A DNA stretch of 64,000 nt from the NCBI GenBank assembly GCA_963764715.1, contig CAVXTP010000022.1, positions 576,001 to 640,000 on the forward strand, given 5' to 3'. The position numbers and the translations under genes are program-made. Shown here piece by piece: positions 39,216 through 51,524 of the stretch (positions within the stretch are counted from its first letter, which is position 1; each line of letters begins with the position of its first letter). This DNA is from an uncultured Acidobacteriota bacterium. GTDB taxonomy: Bacteria; Acidobacteriota; Thermoanaerobaculia; UBA5066; Gp7-AA6. The notes beneath the pieces are model-generated. The model did not search any database, was not told the origin of the DNA, and worked only from the letters and a program-made list of their open reading frames with translations.

Positions 39216-40252
39216 CGGCCGTCGACTGGCTGATCGTCACGCTGCGCGTCGCCCTGCCGGCGCTCATCTTCCCGGTCCTCGTCATTCCTCTGACCTGGAT
39301 CGAGCGCCGCGGCGCCGCTTTCATCCAGGACCGGCTCGGCCCCAACCGCGTCGGCCCCTTCGGCCTCTTCCAGGCCGTGGCCGACATGGTCAAGATGTTC
39401 ACCAAGGAGGCCGTCACGCCGGCCGCGGCGGACAGGCCCCTGTTTCTGCTCGCCCCGGTGATCGCGGCCTTCGCCGCGCTCTCGACCTTCGCCGTGGTCC
39501 CGTACGGCGCGACGCTGCCGATCGGCGACCGCCAGATCCCCCTGATCGGCGCGGACGTCTCGATCGGCGTCCTCTACGTCTTCGCGATCACGTCGCTCTC
39601 GGTCTACGCGATCGTTCTCGCGGGCTGGTCGTCGAACAACAAGTTCTCGCTGATGGGCGGCATCCGCTCGAGCGCGCAGATCATTTCCTACGAGCTCGCC
39701 ATGACGACGGCGGCCGCGGGCGTGATCCTCGCCGCGAGCTCCTTCCGCCTGAACGACGTCGTCGCGCTGCAGCAGGGAGTCTGGCTGGGGTTCATCCCCC
39801 GCTGGAACGTCTTCATCCAGCCGCTCGGCTTCCTGATCTTCTTCGTCTCCGCCTTCGCCGAGACGAACAGGCTTCCGTTCGACCTGCCGGAGGCCGAGCC
39901 CGAGCTCGTGGCGGGGTACCACACCGAATACTCGGCGATGCGGTTCGGCGCCTTCCAGATGGCCGAGTACGTCAACGTCGTCGTCGCTTCGGCGATGACC
40001 GTGACCCTCTACCTCGGCGGCTGGTCCCTCCCGGGCTTCACTCCCACGAGCCTCTGGGGCGCCATCGCCTCGATCCTGATCTTCGCCGCCAAGACGGCCG
40101 TTCTCGTCCTGGTCTTCGTCTGGGTCCGCTGGACGCTGCCCCGCTTCCGCTACGACCAGCTCATGCGCCTCGGCTGGAAGGCCCTCCTGCCGCTCGCCCT
40201 CCTGAACCTCTTCTGGGTGGCGGCGGTCGAGATGTGGAGGATCGGCCGGTGA
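39212..40252 (+). CDS. nuoH: NADH-quinone oxidoreductase subunit H
   Basis: QDRLGPNRVG, AETNRLPFDLPEAE, LPRFRYDQLM. Confidence 0.95.
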   Translation: MTAVDWLIVTLRVALPALIFPVLVIPLTWIERRGAAFIQDRLGPNRVGPFGLFQAVADMVKMFTKEAVTPAAADRPLFLLAPVIAAFAALSTFAVVPYGATLPIGDRQIPLIGADVSIGVLYVFAITSLSVYAIVLAGWSSNNKFSLMGGIRSSAQIISYELAMTTAAAGVILAASSFRLNDVVALQQGVWLGFIPRWNVFIQPLGFLIFFVSAFAETNRLPFDLPEAEPELVAGYHTEYSAMRFGAFQMAEYVNVVVASAMTVTLYLGGWSLPGFTPTSLWGAIASILIFAAKTAVLVLVFVWVRWTLPRFRYDQLMRLGWKALLPLALLNLFWVAAVEMWRIGR

Positions 40253-40764
40253 CGGCGGCGCGGATCGTCTTCGACGCGGCGGCGGCGGTCGCGATCCTCT
40301 TCGGCGGCCTCATGGTCGTGACGAAGAACCCGGTGCGGAGCGTCCTGACGCTCGTCGTCGCGTTCTTCGGCCTGGCGGCGTCCTACGTCATGCTGCTGTC
40401 GCCCTTCATCGCGGTGATCCAGGTCATCGTCTACGCCGGGGCGATCCTCGTCCTCTTCCTCTTCGTCCTCATGCTCCTGAACATCGGTCACCGCCCGGGC
40501 GAAGGAAGCCGCCGGCCGATCCAGACCCTTCTCGGGGGGCTCGCCGTCGTCGCATTCGCGTTCCTGCTGCTCGCGACGCTGCGCGGCTCGGGCTCCAACA
40601 TCCCCGGGACCTCCGGCGAGGACCCGACCGCGTTCGCCGACCCGTCCGCCCTGGCCCGCCTCCTGTATTCGGGCTACCTCCTCCACTTCGAGGCGGTCTC
40701 GGTCCTGCTGCTCTCGGCCCTCGTCGGGGCCTTCGTTCTGGCCCGCCGGGAGAAGCGCCCGTGA
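40249..40764 (+). CDS. nuoJ: NADH-quinone oxidoreductase subunit J
   Basis: NPVRSVL, QVIVYAGAILVLFLFVLML, FEAVSVLL. Confidence 0.92.
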   Translation: MTAARIVFDAAAAVAILFGGLMVVTKNPVRSVLTLVVAFFGLAASYVMLLSPFIAVIQVIVYAGAILVLFLFVLMLLNIGHRPGEGSRRPIQTLLGGLAVVAFAFLLLATLRGSGSNIPGTSGEDPTAFADPSALARLLYSGYLLHFEAVSVLLLSALVGAFVLARREKRP

Positions 40765-41072
40765 TCGGCACGATCCCCCTCTCCGACGTCCTGCTCGCCT
40801 CGGGCGCGCTGTTCTGCATCGGCATCGCCGGGGCGCTGCTGCGCCGAAACGCCATCCAGATCTTCCTGTCGATCGAGCTCATGATGAACGCGGCGAACCT
40901 GGCCCTCCTCGGCTACGGCGCCGCCATGGGGTCGCGCGAAGGCCAGATCGTCGTCTTCTTCGTCATCGCGATCGCCGCCGCCGAGGCGGCCGTGGGCCTC
41001 GCGATCTTCGTCGCCCTGTTCCGCCACACCGAAACGATCGACGTGAACAAGATCAACCTGCTGAAGTGGTGA
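40761..41072 (+). CDS. nuoK: NADH-quinone oxidoreductase subunit K
   Basis: SIELMMNAANL, AAAEAAVGLAI. Confidence 0.95.
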   Translation: MIGTIPLSDVLLASGALFCIGIAGALLRRNAIQIFLSIELMMNAANLALLGYGAAMGSREGQIVVFFVIAIAAAEAAVGLAIFVALFRHTETIDVNKINLLKW

Positions 41073-41082
41073 CGGGAGAGCG

Positions 41083-43023
41083 ATGACCGTTCCCCTGTGG
41101 CTCATCCCGATCATCCCGCTCGCGGGCTTCGCGGTGAACGCGCTCGCCGGGACGCGGCTCGGCAAGTCCTTCGTCTCGGCCGTCGGCGTCGGCGCGGTCG
41201 GCCTGACGACCCTGGCGGCGTACTCGCGCCTCATCCCCTACCTCCGGGGCGATCACGGGGTCGTCCTCGAGACCTACGCAAGCTGGATCGTCTCGGGCAA
41301 CCTGACGCTCGACCTGGCCTTCCGCCTCGATCCCCTCTCGGCCCTGATGCTGTCGTTCGTGACGTTCGTCGGCTTCCTCATCCACGTCTACGCGATCGGG
41401 TACATGCACCACGAGGCGACCGACGCCGGGTATGCGCGCTTCTTCTCCTACCTGAACCTCTTCCTCTTCGCGATGCTCGTCCTCGTTCTGGCCGAGAGCT
41501 ACGCGCTGCTCTTCGTGGGCTGGGAAGGGGTCGGTCTCTGCTCCTACCTTCTCATCGGCTACTACTTCGACAAGGAGTACGCCGCCGCGGCCGGCAAGAA
41601 GGCCTTCGTCGTCAACCGGATCGGCGACTACGGCTTCCTCCTCGGCATGTTCGGCGTCTTCACGGCGTTCGGCTCGCTGAACTTCACCGAGGTCTTCGGC
41701 AAGGCGGCCGCCGACCCGTCCCGCTACGCGCCGGCGCTCTCGCTCATCTGTCTCTGCCTCTTCGTCGGCGCCGTCGGCAAGAGCGCCCAGTTCCCGCTCT
41801 ACGTCTGGCTGCCGGACGCCATGGCCGGCCCGACGCCCGTGTCCGCGCTCATCCACGCGGCCACGATGGTCACGGCGGGCGTCTACATGATCGCCCGCTC
41901 GAACGTGCTCTTCCGGCTGGCGCCGGACACGATGCTCGTCGTCGCCGTCATCGGCTGCTTCACCGCGATCTTCGCGGCCGTGATCGCGCTCGCCCAGAAC
42001 GACCTGAAGAAGGTGCTCGCCTACTCGACGATGTCGCAGCTCGGCTACATGGTCCTCGCCTGCGGCGTGGGGGCCTTCACCGTCGGCATGTTCCACGTCA
42101 TGACGCACGCCTTCTTCAAGGCCTGCCTCTTCCTCGGCGCCGGGTCCGTCATGCACGCGATGAGCGGCGACCTCGACATCCGGCACATGGGCGGCCTGAA
42201 GTCCCGGCTGCCGATCACCTACTGGACCTTCCTGATCTCGACCTTCGCGATCGCAGGCATCCCGCCCTTCGCGGGCTTCTTCTCCAAGGACGCGATCCTC
42301 GCGAGCGCCTTCGAGACGCACCAGCCGCTCGGCAAGGTCTTCTGGTTCGTCGGCCTCCTCACGGCCGGCCTGACGGCCTTCTACATGCTGCGCGCCGTCT
42401 CGATGACCTTCTACGGGAAGTTCCGCGGCACCCACGAGCAGGACCACCACGTGCACGAGTCCCCGACGTCGATGACGCTGCCCCTCGTCGTCCTCGCGAT
42501 CCTGGCGACGGTCGGGGGCTTCGTCGGGCTGCCGGCGGTCTTCGGCGAGAACGCGAACGTCCTCGGCCGTTTCCTCGCGCCGATCATCACGCCCATCGCG
42601 GGCCACGAGGCCGGTCACGAGGCCCTCCCCCACGCCACGGAATGGCTCCTGATGGCCGTCTCGGTCGCCGTCGCGGCGTCGGGCATCTACCTCGGGTGGC
42701 GCTGGTACGCGAAGGACGAGGGCCGGGTCCCGGCCCGGATCGCCGCCGGGATGCCGGGCGTCTACGGCCTGGTCGCCGACAAGTTCCGCGTCGACGAGCT
42801 CTACGACGTCCTCCTCGTCCGCCCGTTCGAGTGGCTCGCGCGGATCCTGTGGAAGGTCGTCGACGTCCTGGTGATCGACGGCATCCTGAACGCTTCCGCG
42901 TTTCTCGTCGAGCTCGCCGGCGATTTCCTGCGCTTCCTGCAGACCGGCAACGTCCGCAACTACGCCCTGAGCTTCCTGCTCGGCCTCGTCGCGCTCCTCG
43001 CGTTCGTCGTGGGGGCCATGTGA
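41083..43023 (+). CDS. nuoL: NADH-quinone oxidoreductase subunit L
   Basis: [49 protein letters not shown]. Confidence 0.96.
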   Translation: MTVPLWLIPIIPLAGFAVNALAGTRLGKSFVSAVGVGAVGLTTLAAYSRLIPYLRGDHGVVLETYASWIVSGNLTLDLAFRLDPLSALMLSFVTFVGFLIHVYAIGYMHHEATDAGYARFFSYLNLFLFAMLVLVLAESYALLFVGWEGVGLCSYLLIGYYFDKEYAAAAGKKAFVVNRIGDYGFLLGMFGVFTAFGSLNFTEVFGKAAADPSRYAPALSLICLCLFVGAVGKSAQFPLYVWLPDAMAGPTPVSALIHAATMVTAGVYMIARSNVLFRLAPDTMLVVAVIGCFTAIFAAVIALAQNDLKKVLAYSTMSQLGYMVLACGVGAFTVGMFHVMTHAFFKACLFLGAGSVMHAMSGDLDIRHMGGLKSRLPITYWTFLISTFAIAGIPPFAGFFSKDAILASAFETHQPLGKVFWFVGLLTAGLTAFYMLRAVSMTFYGKFRGTHEQDHHVHESPTSMTLPLVVLAILATVGGFVGLPAVFGENANVLGRFLAPIITPIAGHEAGHEALPHATEWLLMAVSVAVAASGIYLGWRWYAKDEGRVPARIAAGMPGVYGLVADKFRVDELYDVLLVRPFEWLARILWKVVDVLVIDGILNASAFLVELAGDFLRFLQTGNVRNYALSFLLGLVALLAFVVGAM

Positions 43024-44540
43024 CGGGCCTTCTCGGCGCGCACCTTCTGTCCGTCCTCGTCTTCCTGCCGGCCGCGGGCGCCGCCCTGCTGCTCTTCTTT
43101 CCGCGCTCCATGGAGCGGGAGGCGAAGGTCTTCGCCCTGGTCGTGGCCGCCGCCGACGCCGTCCTGTCGCTGCCGCTCTGGACCCGGTTCGACATCGCCC
43201 AGCGAGGCTTCCAGTTCCGCGAAAAGATCGACTGGATCCCCGCGCTGGGCATCTCGTACTCGGTCGGCATCGACGGGATCTCCCTCCTGATCATTCTCCT
43301 GACGACCATCCTGACGCCGGTGGCCCTCCTCTTCTCGCTCACCCACGTCGAGAAGGAGGTCCGGGGCTACTCGATCGCCTTCCTGATGCTCGAGACGGGC
43401 ATGCTCGGGAGCCTCGTCGCGCTCGACCTCGCGCTCTTCTACGTGTTCTGGGAGGTCATGCTCGTCCCGATGTACTTCATCATCGGGATCTGGGGCGGGG
43501 CCCGGCGGATCTACGCGGCCATGAAGTTCTTCCTCTTCACGATGGCGGGAAGCCTCCTGATGTTCCTGGCCATCCTCTTCATCGCCATCCGACACCACGC
43601 GGCCACGGGGACCTGGTCCTTCGCCCTCGAAGACCTCTACCGCCTGACGTTCACGGGCCGCATCGAGGCCCTCCTCTTCGGCGCGTTCGCCCTCGCGTTC
43701 GCGATCAAGGTGCCGGTCTTCCCGCTCCACACCTGGCTGCCCGACGCCCACACCGAGGCGCCGACGGCCGGCTCGATCATCCTCGCGGGAGTCCTGCTGA
43801 AGCTCGGCGTGTACGGCTATCTCCGGTTTGCGCTCCCGCTCTTTCCCGGGGCGGCCGTGCACTACGCCCCGTGGGTCGGCGTTCTCGGCGTCATCGGCGT
43901 CGTATACGGCGCGTTCGTCGCCTATCCCCAGCACGACATGAAGCGCCTGGTGGCCTACTCCTCGGTGTCCCACCTCGGCCTCGTCGTCATGGGGATCGGC
44001 GCCTTCACGACGATGTCGCTCCAGGGCTCGATCCTCCAGATGATCAACCACGGCCTCTCGACCGGCGCGCTCTTCCTTCTCGTGGGCGTGCTCTACGAGC
44101 GCACGCACACGCGCGAGATCTCGGCCTACGGCGGCATCGCGGGCGTCGTCCCGGTGACGACCGCCCTCTTCCTGATCGCGACGCTCTCGTCGATCGGGCT
44201 GCCGGGCCTCAACGGGTTCGTGGGCGAGTTCCTGATCCTGATCGGGACGTGGGCCTCGGCCCACCGCTGGTGGGCGGTGGTCGCCGCGACCGGCGTCATC
44301 CTTTCGGCGATCTACATGCTGTCGCTCGTCCAGCGGGTCTTCTGGAATCCCATGACCCACGAAGAGAACAAGACGTTGAAGGACATCCGGCCGAGCGAGT
44401 TCATCGCGGCGGCGATCCTCGTCGCGCTGATGGTGTGGATCGGCGTGCGGCCCAACGACTTCCTGGACAAGCTCCGAACCTCCGTCGAGTCCCTCCAGGA
44501 GACCGTCGCGTCCAAGCAGATCGCGAGCGCCCGGCCATGA
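43020..44540 (+). CDS. nuoM: NADH-quinone oxidoreductase subunit M
   Basis: [52 protein letters not shown]. Confidence 0.95.
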   Translation: MTGLLGAHLLSVLVFLPAAGAALLLFFPRSMEREAKVFALVVAAADAVLSLPLWTRFDIAQRGFQFREKIDWIPALGISYSVGIDGISLLIILLTTILTPVALLFSLTHVEKEVRGYSIAFLMLETGMLGSLVALDLALFYVFWEVMLVPMYFIIGIWGGARRIYAAMKFFLFTMAGSLLMFLAILFIAIRHHAATGTWSFALEDLYRLTFTGRIEALLFGAFALAFAIKVPVFPLHTWLPDAHTEAPTAGSIILAGVLLKLGVYGYLRFALPLFPGAAVHYAPWVGVLGVIGVVYGAFVAYPQHDMKRLVAYSSVSHLGLVVMGIGAFTTMSLQGSILQMINHGLSTGALFLLVGVLYERTHTREISAYGGIAGVVPVTTALFLIATLSSIGLPGLNGFVGEFLILIGTWASAHRWWAVVAATGVILSAIYMLSLVQRVFWNPMTHEENKTLKDIRPSEFIAAAILVALMVWIGVRPNDFLDKLRTSVESLQETVASKQIASARP

Positions 44541-45992
44541 CGCCTCTCATCCCGTTCAGCCCGGCGGACCTCGCGTCGATCCTGCCCGAGATCGTCCTCG
44601 CGGGAACGGGCTGCGTCATCCTGCTCCTCGAGGCCTTCGCGCCGGCCCTTCGCCGCTGGTTCGCCACGCTCGCGCTCGCCGGAATCGCCGGCTCGCTCTA
44701 CGCCCTCGCCGTCGCGCCCATGGGAACGACCTTCGGCGGCCGCTTCGAGACGTCCCCGCTGACGCTCCTCGTCGGCCTCTTCGCCGGGGCCTGCGTCGGC
44801 CTCGCGGTCCTCGTCGCGAAGCCCTACCTCGAGCGCGCCGGCGACGAAAAGGGGCGAGTTCTACGCGCTCCTCCTCTGGGGGCATCTCGGCGTCTCGCTG
44901 ATGACGCGGGGGCTCGACCTCCTGCTCATCTTCATCGGCCTCGAGATGCTGTCGCTGTCCTTCTACGTGCTCGCGGCGTACTTCCGCGGCGTCGAGGCTT
45001 CCTCCGAGGCCGGCCTCAAGTACTTCCTGACGGGGGCCTTCGGCTCGGCGTTCACGCTCTACGGGGTCGTGCTCCTCTACGGTGCGAGCGGCGGCACGAA
45101 GATCGAGGGACTGGCCAGGGCCGGTCTGGCGTCCAGCCCCTCCGTGGCGTTCGGCCTGCTGCTGCTCCTGGTCGGGTTCGGGTTCAAGATGTCGCTCGCG
45201 CCCTTCCACGCCTGGGCGCCCGACGTCTACCAGGGCATGCCGACGCCGGCCGTTCTCTACCTCTCGATCGCCCCCAAGGCCGCGAGCGTCTTCGTTCTCT
45301 ACCGCGTCTTCGGCGCCGTCTTCGAGTCGGGGATGCCCGACCGCTTCCGCACCGCGATCGCGGCCCTCGCCATTCTCTCGATGACCCTCGGCAACGTGGT
45401 CGCGCTCGCCCAGCGGGACATCAAGCGACTGCTCGCGTACTCCGGCATCGCGCACATGGGCTACGTCACGATCGCGCTCGTCGTCTTCGGGCGGGATGCG
45501 CTGGCGGCCGTCATCGTCTACTTCTTCGCCTACCTCGTCTCCAACGCCGGAGCCTTCGCGGCCGTTTCGGCGCTCTACCGCGACGAGACCAAGGCCCATC
45601 CCATCGCGATGCTCGCGGGCGACGGACGGCGGGCCCCCTTCGCGGCGGCGATCATGGCCCTGTGCTTCTTCTCGCTCGCCGGGATCCCGGCCACGGCCGG
45701 CTTCATCGGAAAGTTTTTCGTGTTCAAGGCCGCCCTCGAGAAAGGCCTCTACGCCCTGGCCCTGATCGGCGTCGCCAACAGCCTCGTGTCCGTCGGGTAC
45801 TACCTCAAGGTCGTCTACATCCTCTACATGCGCGAGCCCGTCGAGGCCGAGCCGCCCCCGGCGCTCGCCGCCGCCGACCGCCTCGCGCTCGCGCTCTGCG
45901 CCGCGGGCATCCTCGCCCTCGGCGTCTTCCCCTCCGGCCTGTGGCAGCTCGCCCGGCAGGCGGCCGCGACGATCCCCCTGTCCGGTCCCTGA
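44537..45992 (+). CDS. nuoN: NADH-quinone oxidoreductase subunit N (one extra G near 44851-44854)
   Basis: ILPEIVL, then GEFYALLL after removing one G; [30 protein letters not shown]. Confidence 0.9.
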
Positions 45993-46042
45993 TCGACGTC
46001 GCTCATCCCCTCCCAACTGCGCCTGGCGCGAAGGAGAGACGA

Positions 46043-47357
<1,315 letters not shown>

Positions 47358-47363
47358 GCGGGC

Positions 47364-47960
47364 TCAGGTCTCGATGAGGATGGCCCGGACGGGCGAGGCG
47401 TCGAGGTCCCGGAACCGCAGCGGCAGGGCGACGAGCTCGTAGTCGCCGTCCGGCACGGCCGACAGGTCCAGGTCCTCGAGGAGCGCGACGCCCCGGGACA
47501 GGAGCGCGCGGTGAGCCGGGAGGTCCTCGGCGTCCTCGGGGTCGATCGATGCGCCGTCGGTTCCGACGAGCATGGCGCCGGCCTCCGCCAGCCGGATCGC
47601 CGCGAGAGGCGAAAGCGAAGCCTTCGCGAAGCTCCGAAACAGCACTCGGGACGGCCCGATGCTCCGCCGCGGGAGGGCATCCGGCCCGACCTCGCCGACC
47701 CCCGGCAGCGCCAGGACGCGGGCCGGTCCCACGTAGGCCGCGAGAGGCGCCTCGGCGATGGCCACTCCGTCCTCGAAGAGATGGCTCGGTGCGTCGGCGT
47801 GCGTCCCGCAGTGCGCGCTCATCGTGAAGCAGGTCGAGCCCCAGGGCGCGCCCACGCCGGCACCCGCGCGCGCCGTCTCCCGCCACGAGAAGGCGACGTC
47901 CCCCGGCCAGACCGCCGTCTCTTCCGAGATCGGCCGCGAGATATCGTAGATCTTCCTCAC
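47364..47960 (-). CDS. Cyclase family protein (kynurenine formamidase KynB-like)
   Basis: [35 protein letters not shown]. Confidence 0.82.
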   Translation of the reverse strand: MRKIYDISRPISEETAVWPGDVAFSWRETARAGAGVGAPWGSTCFTMSAHCGTHADAPSHLFEDGVAIAEAPLAAYVGPARVLALPGVGEVGPDALPRRSIGPSRVLFRSFAKASLSPLAAIRLAEAGAMLVGTDGASIDPEDAEDLPAHRALLSRGVALLEDLDLSAVPDGDYELVALPLRFRDLDASPVRAILIET

Positions 47961-48415
47961 CGCATTCGCCGCACCGTCTTTCGCTCGGCGTATCGCTCGG
48001 CGATGTGCGGATCGTAGCCTTTGTGGCTCGGGTTGACGGGCACGTCGCGGTACTCCGCGTCGCACCGGTAGCAGATCGTCACCGGGCGGATGCGGGTGGC
48101 CACGATCCAGTCCACGACGACGCTCACCAGGAGCACGGGCGTGAACCAGATCCAGCCGACTTTCCAGCCGACGACGAGCGCGGCGGCGAGCGACGTGGCC
48201 ATGATCAGGCACCCGAGCCGCTGGTCGAAGTCCTTCTGGAGGAAGAGCGCGCGGTTGTCGCAGAACCCGCATTGCTCGATCCCCGCGGCGCCCGTCGCGC
48301 CGGGGAGGTTCACCTGATATGTCCGGCCGCACTTCGCACATGCGAAGGAGCCGGCGTCGCTCTCGGCATGCTCCCGCGCCGTCAGGCAATCGGGGCAGTA
48401 ATACCTCGCCCGCAT
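47957..48415 (-). CDS. Multi-CxxC zinc-ribbon membrane protein
   Basis: CPDC, CAKC, CGFC, two TM helices, CYRC. Confidence 0.7.
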   Translation of the reverse strand: MRARYYCPDCLTAREHAESDAGSFACAKCGRTYQVNLPGATGAAGIEQCGFCDNRALFLQKDFDQRLGCLIMATSLAAALVVGWKVGWIWFTPVLLVSVVVDWIVATRIRPVTICYRCDAEYRDVPVNPSHKGYDPHIAERYAERKTVRRMR

Positions 48416-48431
48416 CGAGACGCCGCCGGCC

Positions 48432-49190
48432 CTAGGCCGGGAACCCCGTCGCGACCGTCAGGTACGAGGACAGGAGCTCGCCGATCAGGACGAACACGAG
48501 GGCGACGTAGAGGAGACCGGTCGCCGCCTGGTTCGACTTCAGCTCGGCCGTCCGCCAGATGAAGTAGGAGAGCGCCAGCGGACCGGCGATGCCCCAGAGC
48601 ACGCGGAAGAGGAAGAAGAGCGCGTCCCGCTCGAGGGAGACCAGCGTCTGCACGCCCTCCGAGTGCCGCTGGACGGTCACGGCGACCGCGAGGTACGCGG
48701 TCCGAAAGATCGCGAGCCCGGCGAAGAGCGCGGCGCCGCGCGCCAGCAGCTCGAAGGGCAGCGAGCGGGAAACGAGGTACCAGTGGCCGAGGTTCATCAC
48801 CACGAGCACGGAGCCGAAAAACAGTCCGCCCGCCACCGCGCCAACGACCGTCCACGCGTCGCCCGAGTCCCGCGGCGCGACCAGAGCGACCCGCGCCAGG
48901 GCCCAGCCCGCGCAGCCCGCTCCGGCGAGCAGAAGGATCCTCGCCCGGCCGGCCTCTCCCCCGTTCGCCAGAATCGTATAGGCCGCCAGGAACCCCGTCG
49001 CCGCGGCCGTCAGCGCGAACGGCAGCCCCGCCGGGCGGACGGCGAGAGCCAGACCGCAGAAGATCGTGGCCAGCGCGCCGTGAAGGGAGAAGAAGCCGCG
49101 GCCCAGGACTTTTGGAGGGAAGAACAACAGCAGGAAGGCCGTGCCCGTGCAGGCCTCCAGCAGGAAGAGCCCCAGACCCGATAGCGCCAT
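48432..49190 (-). CDS. Polytopic membrane protein with LGHWYL motif
   Basis: About 8 hydrophobic helices; MNLGHWYLV; NQAATGLLYV; TAGAAT -10 9 nt upstream. Confidence 0.75.
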   Translation of the reverse strand: MALSGLGLFLLEACTGTAFLLLFFPPKVLGRGFFSLHGALATIFCGLALAVRPAGLPFALTAAATGFLAAYTILANGGEAGRARILLLAGAGCAGWALARVALVAPRDSGDAWTVVGAVAGGLFFGSVLVVMNLGHWYLVSRSLPFELLARGAALFAGLAIFRTAYLAVAVTVQRHSEGVQTLVSLERDALFFLFRVLWGIAGPLALSYFIWRTAELKSNQAATGLLYVALVFVLIGELLSSYLTVATGFPA

Positions 49191-49234
49191 GAGGCGCCGA
49201 TTCTATCCGGTGAAGGCCCGCTGCCCTCCCATTC

Positions 49235-49867
49235 TCACCGTGCCTCCGACACGGCGCGAATCGCTCGAGTGATCTGCGGAACGAAGTCGACCAGCCCGTG
49301 ATCGCCCTCCGGAATCGGGACGAACCTGGACCCCGGAGCGAGTCGGCCGCTCTCCTCCCAGCGCTTCCAGGTCGTCTTCACACCTTCGAACGGCACGCTC
49401 TCGTCCCGCTCCCCCATGAGCACCGTGACGCGCTGAGGAGGAGGATCCCGGTCGACGTCGAGCGCCGCCATCTCCTCGAAGAAGCGCCGATGGATCTCGA
49501 GCTCCTGCCCCTGCCCGTGGTGGAAGAACCGCACCGGATCGCCGGGAGCGAGCTTGTCGATCCACCGCGAGCCGAATGCCAGCGCCGGTGCGATGAGGAC
49601 GAGCGGGGCACTCATCCCCCTCTTCGCCGCCGCGAGCGCCGCGAGGGCCCCGAGCGAGCTGCCAACGACGACGGAGGGCGATTCGGACGAAGCCGCGCGC
49701 ACGGCCTCCTCCACGATCGCGTCGAAGCTCAGATATCGGAACGAGGGCCGGTTCAGGTCCGGCGCGACGACCCGATCGCCGAGCGGCTCGAGCGCCTCGC
49801 GAAGGAGCGCGATCTTGCGCCCGTTCGGCGAGGAGGCGAAGCCGTGCAGGTACAGGATCGTTCCCAC
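49235..49867 (-). CDS. YqiA/YcfP-family alpha/beta esterase
   Basis: YLHGFASSP, GSSLG, DESV, GDH catalytic triad. Confidence 0.88.
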   Translation of the reverse strand: MGTILYLHGFASSPNGRKIALLREALEPLGDRVVAPDLNRPSFRYLSFDAIVEEAVRAASSESPSVVVGSSLGALAALAAAKRGMSAPLVLIAPALAFGSRWIDKLAPGDPVRFFHHGQGQELEIHRRFFEEMAALDVDRDPPPQRVTVLMGERDESVPFEGVKTTWKRWEESGRLAPGSRFVPIPEGDHGLVDFVPQITRAIRAVSEAR

Positions 49868-49893
49868 GCGGGAACAATATCGTCGAGGGCCGA

Positions 49894-50007
49894 TCAGAAC
49901 CCGAAGGGCACCATCCGGTCTCGCGGTGGGATCGGGGGCGGAGGAGGAGGACCAGGCGGGCGGCGCGACCGTCGGAACAGTGCGAGGAGGCGACGCCAGA
50001 GAGTCAG
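49894..50007 (-). CDS. Candidate 37-aa Arg/Pro-rich peptide
   Basis: (M)TLWRRLLALFRRSRRPPGPPPPPPIPPRDRMVPFGF; CTG start overlaps the TPR gene stop (CTGA); below the ORF-track length cutoff. Confidence 0.3.
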   Translation of the reverse strand: MTLWRRLLALFRRSRRPPGPPPPPPIPPRDRMVPFGF

Positions 50008-51524
50008 AGGCGGCCCTCGGCCTGCATGTTTCTCAACTCTGCACGCAGCTGACGTACGGCATCCGCCCCAGGCTGTTGCCGTCGTACTGCTTCTCGAAGA
50101 ATACCGATTGCCGCAGCTGCCTCTTGAGTCAAGTCTTGCTTCTCGATTATCGGCAGAGCCGTGAGAATTTCGACTACAGCTCGTGACGGGAGGTTAACCA
50201 TCAGCAAAACTTCAGCAAGCACTATCCGGGTGTAGGCAGCCAAGAATCGCATTTCGAGCGCTTCGTAAGACCGAACACTTGCGGAGTACGCCTCTATGGA
50301 TGCAGGAATCTGACCGTTGTCCCGCAAGATTTCACCGAGCGTCCCCTGAACGTTGGCCACAACCCACCTGCAGCCGGATCTGTCAGCAAGATCGATGGCT
50401 TCGTTCCATGCGGCCATGGTTTGCGCTAGAGCGCCTCGGCTGTTCAGCATTTCTGCTCGGTCGCACAATGCCAGAGCTGCGGTCAGGAAGTCACCGTTCT
50501 TCAGACAGTCGGCGTGGACTCGCTGAAGCACGCGAAGCCCTTCCTCATGCTCACCACACTCCTTTAGTGTGCGACCATGAAGAAGACTCGCTCTCACCGC
50601 TTTGTCGTGCATACCGAGAGTACAGAGCTCATTTATCAGAGCAGGGATCCTCAACTTGACCTCCGCGTACGCCCGATCTTGGTAGAGATTGATAAGTTGT
50701 ACTTGCTCGATCGAAGCACGGAAAGGGCCGGATCCACTGCAGAGCTGCGCGTGGTTCGTGGCCAGAGCAAGCAACTCCTGCCGGCTCCTGTCGCGACCCA
50801 GTTGGCTCTCTGCAACAGCCGCAGAAATGGCCGTTCCGGAGGCCAAGAAGTGCATCAACTCTTCGCGTAGACCACTCGCGACGCCATCTTCGATCAACCA
50901 CCTGTAAAGAGCTTCAGCTTCACGTCTGACCACCGCCGGCTCGCGATTAGTCCGTTCGCCCGTTACGCTTGCGTAAACGGTGAGAAGGACCGGCTCGTCG
51001 CTGAGGAATCGTCTGTCTACTGCGGCCGTTCTTACCTGGGTGCCAAGATTCAAGTAGTCACGGGTGTGCTCTTGCTGCAAAACGTGGCTAACGCAACGAG
51101 TCTGCCACTCTTTCGCGTCGCGGTACGCCCCCCTCCTTCGCCAGTGGTCCCAAGATAGGAAGGCGAGGCGGGCCAAGATCTGATGCTTCTCTCCGACCTC
51201 ATCGTCCCACGCTACGGCGGCTGCAACCTCATAGGTTCGGTTTAGCTCGGTTGCTCTTCCCGGGCAGCCGGAGTCCCGATCGCGATCGAGAAGCTCGGCG
51301 AGAGCGTGATAGATGTCCGGTGGGTGACAGGCCGCCTCCACCACGAGCTCCGCCATCGCGTAGGGATCGCCCTCGTTAAGGCCTCGAATGCGATCCTTGA
51401 GAGTCGCCGCTCTGCGCAACCAATCTTCAGGCGACGACGAGTCGGCTACATCCGAGGCCTGGGCTATGGTCACCCAACGTTGAATCCTGTTCAGTAAGTC
51501 CCGGCTAGGAATCGTCGACTTCAT
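50004..51524 (-). CDS. TPR-like helical-repeat protein, module B
   Basis: TPR-like patterns (GRTLKECGEHEEG, LGEILRDNGQIPASIEAY); paralogous to 51996-53135. Confidence 0.75.
   Translation of the reverse strand: MKSTIPSRDLLNRIQRWVTIAQASDVADSSSPEDWLRRAATLKDRIRGLNEGDPYAMAELVVEAACHPPDIYHALAELLDRDRDSGCPGRATELNRTYEVAAAVAWDDEVGEKHQILARLAFLSWDHWRRRGAYRDAKEWQTRCVSHVLQQEHTRDYLNLGTQVRTAAVDRRFLSDEPVLLTVYASVTGERTNREPAVVRREAEALYRWLIEDGVASGLREELMHFLASGTAISAAVAESQLGRDRSRQELLALATNHAQLCSGSGPFRASIEQVQLINLYQDRAYAEVKLRIPALINELCTLGMHDKAVRASLLHGRTLKECGEHEEGLRVLQRVHADCLKNGDFLTAALALCDRAEMLNSRGALAQTMAAWNEAIDLADRSGCRWVVANVQGTLGEILRDNGQIPASIEAYSASVRSYEALEMRFLAAYTRIVLAEVLLMVNLPSRAVVEILTALPIIEKQDLTQEAAAAIGILREAVRRQQPGADAVRQLRAELRNMQAEGRL

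Noticed and set aside
44844-44856. Programmed frameshift at A-AAG-GGG in nuoN
   Set aside because: The heptamer fits -1 slippage but +1 is needed, and similar one-base insertions occur in other genes.
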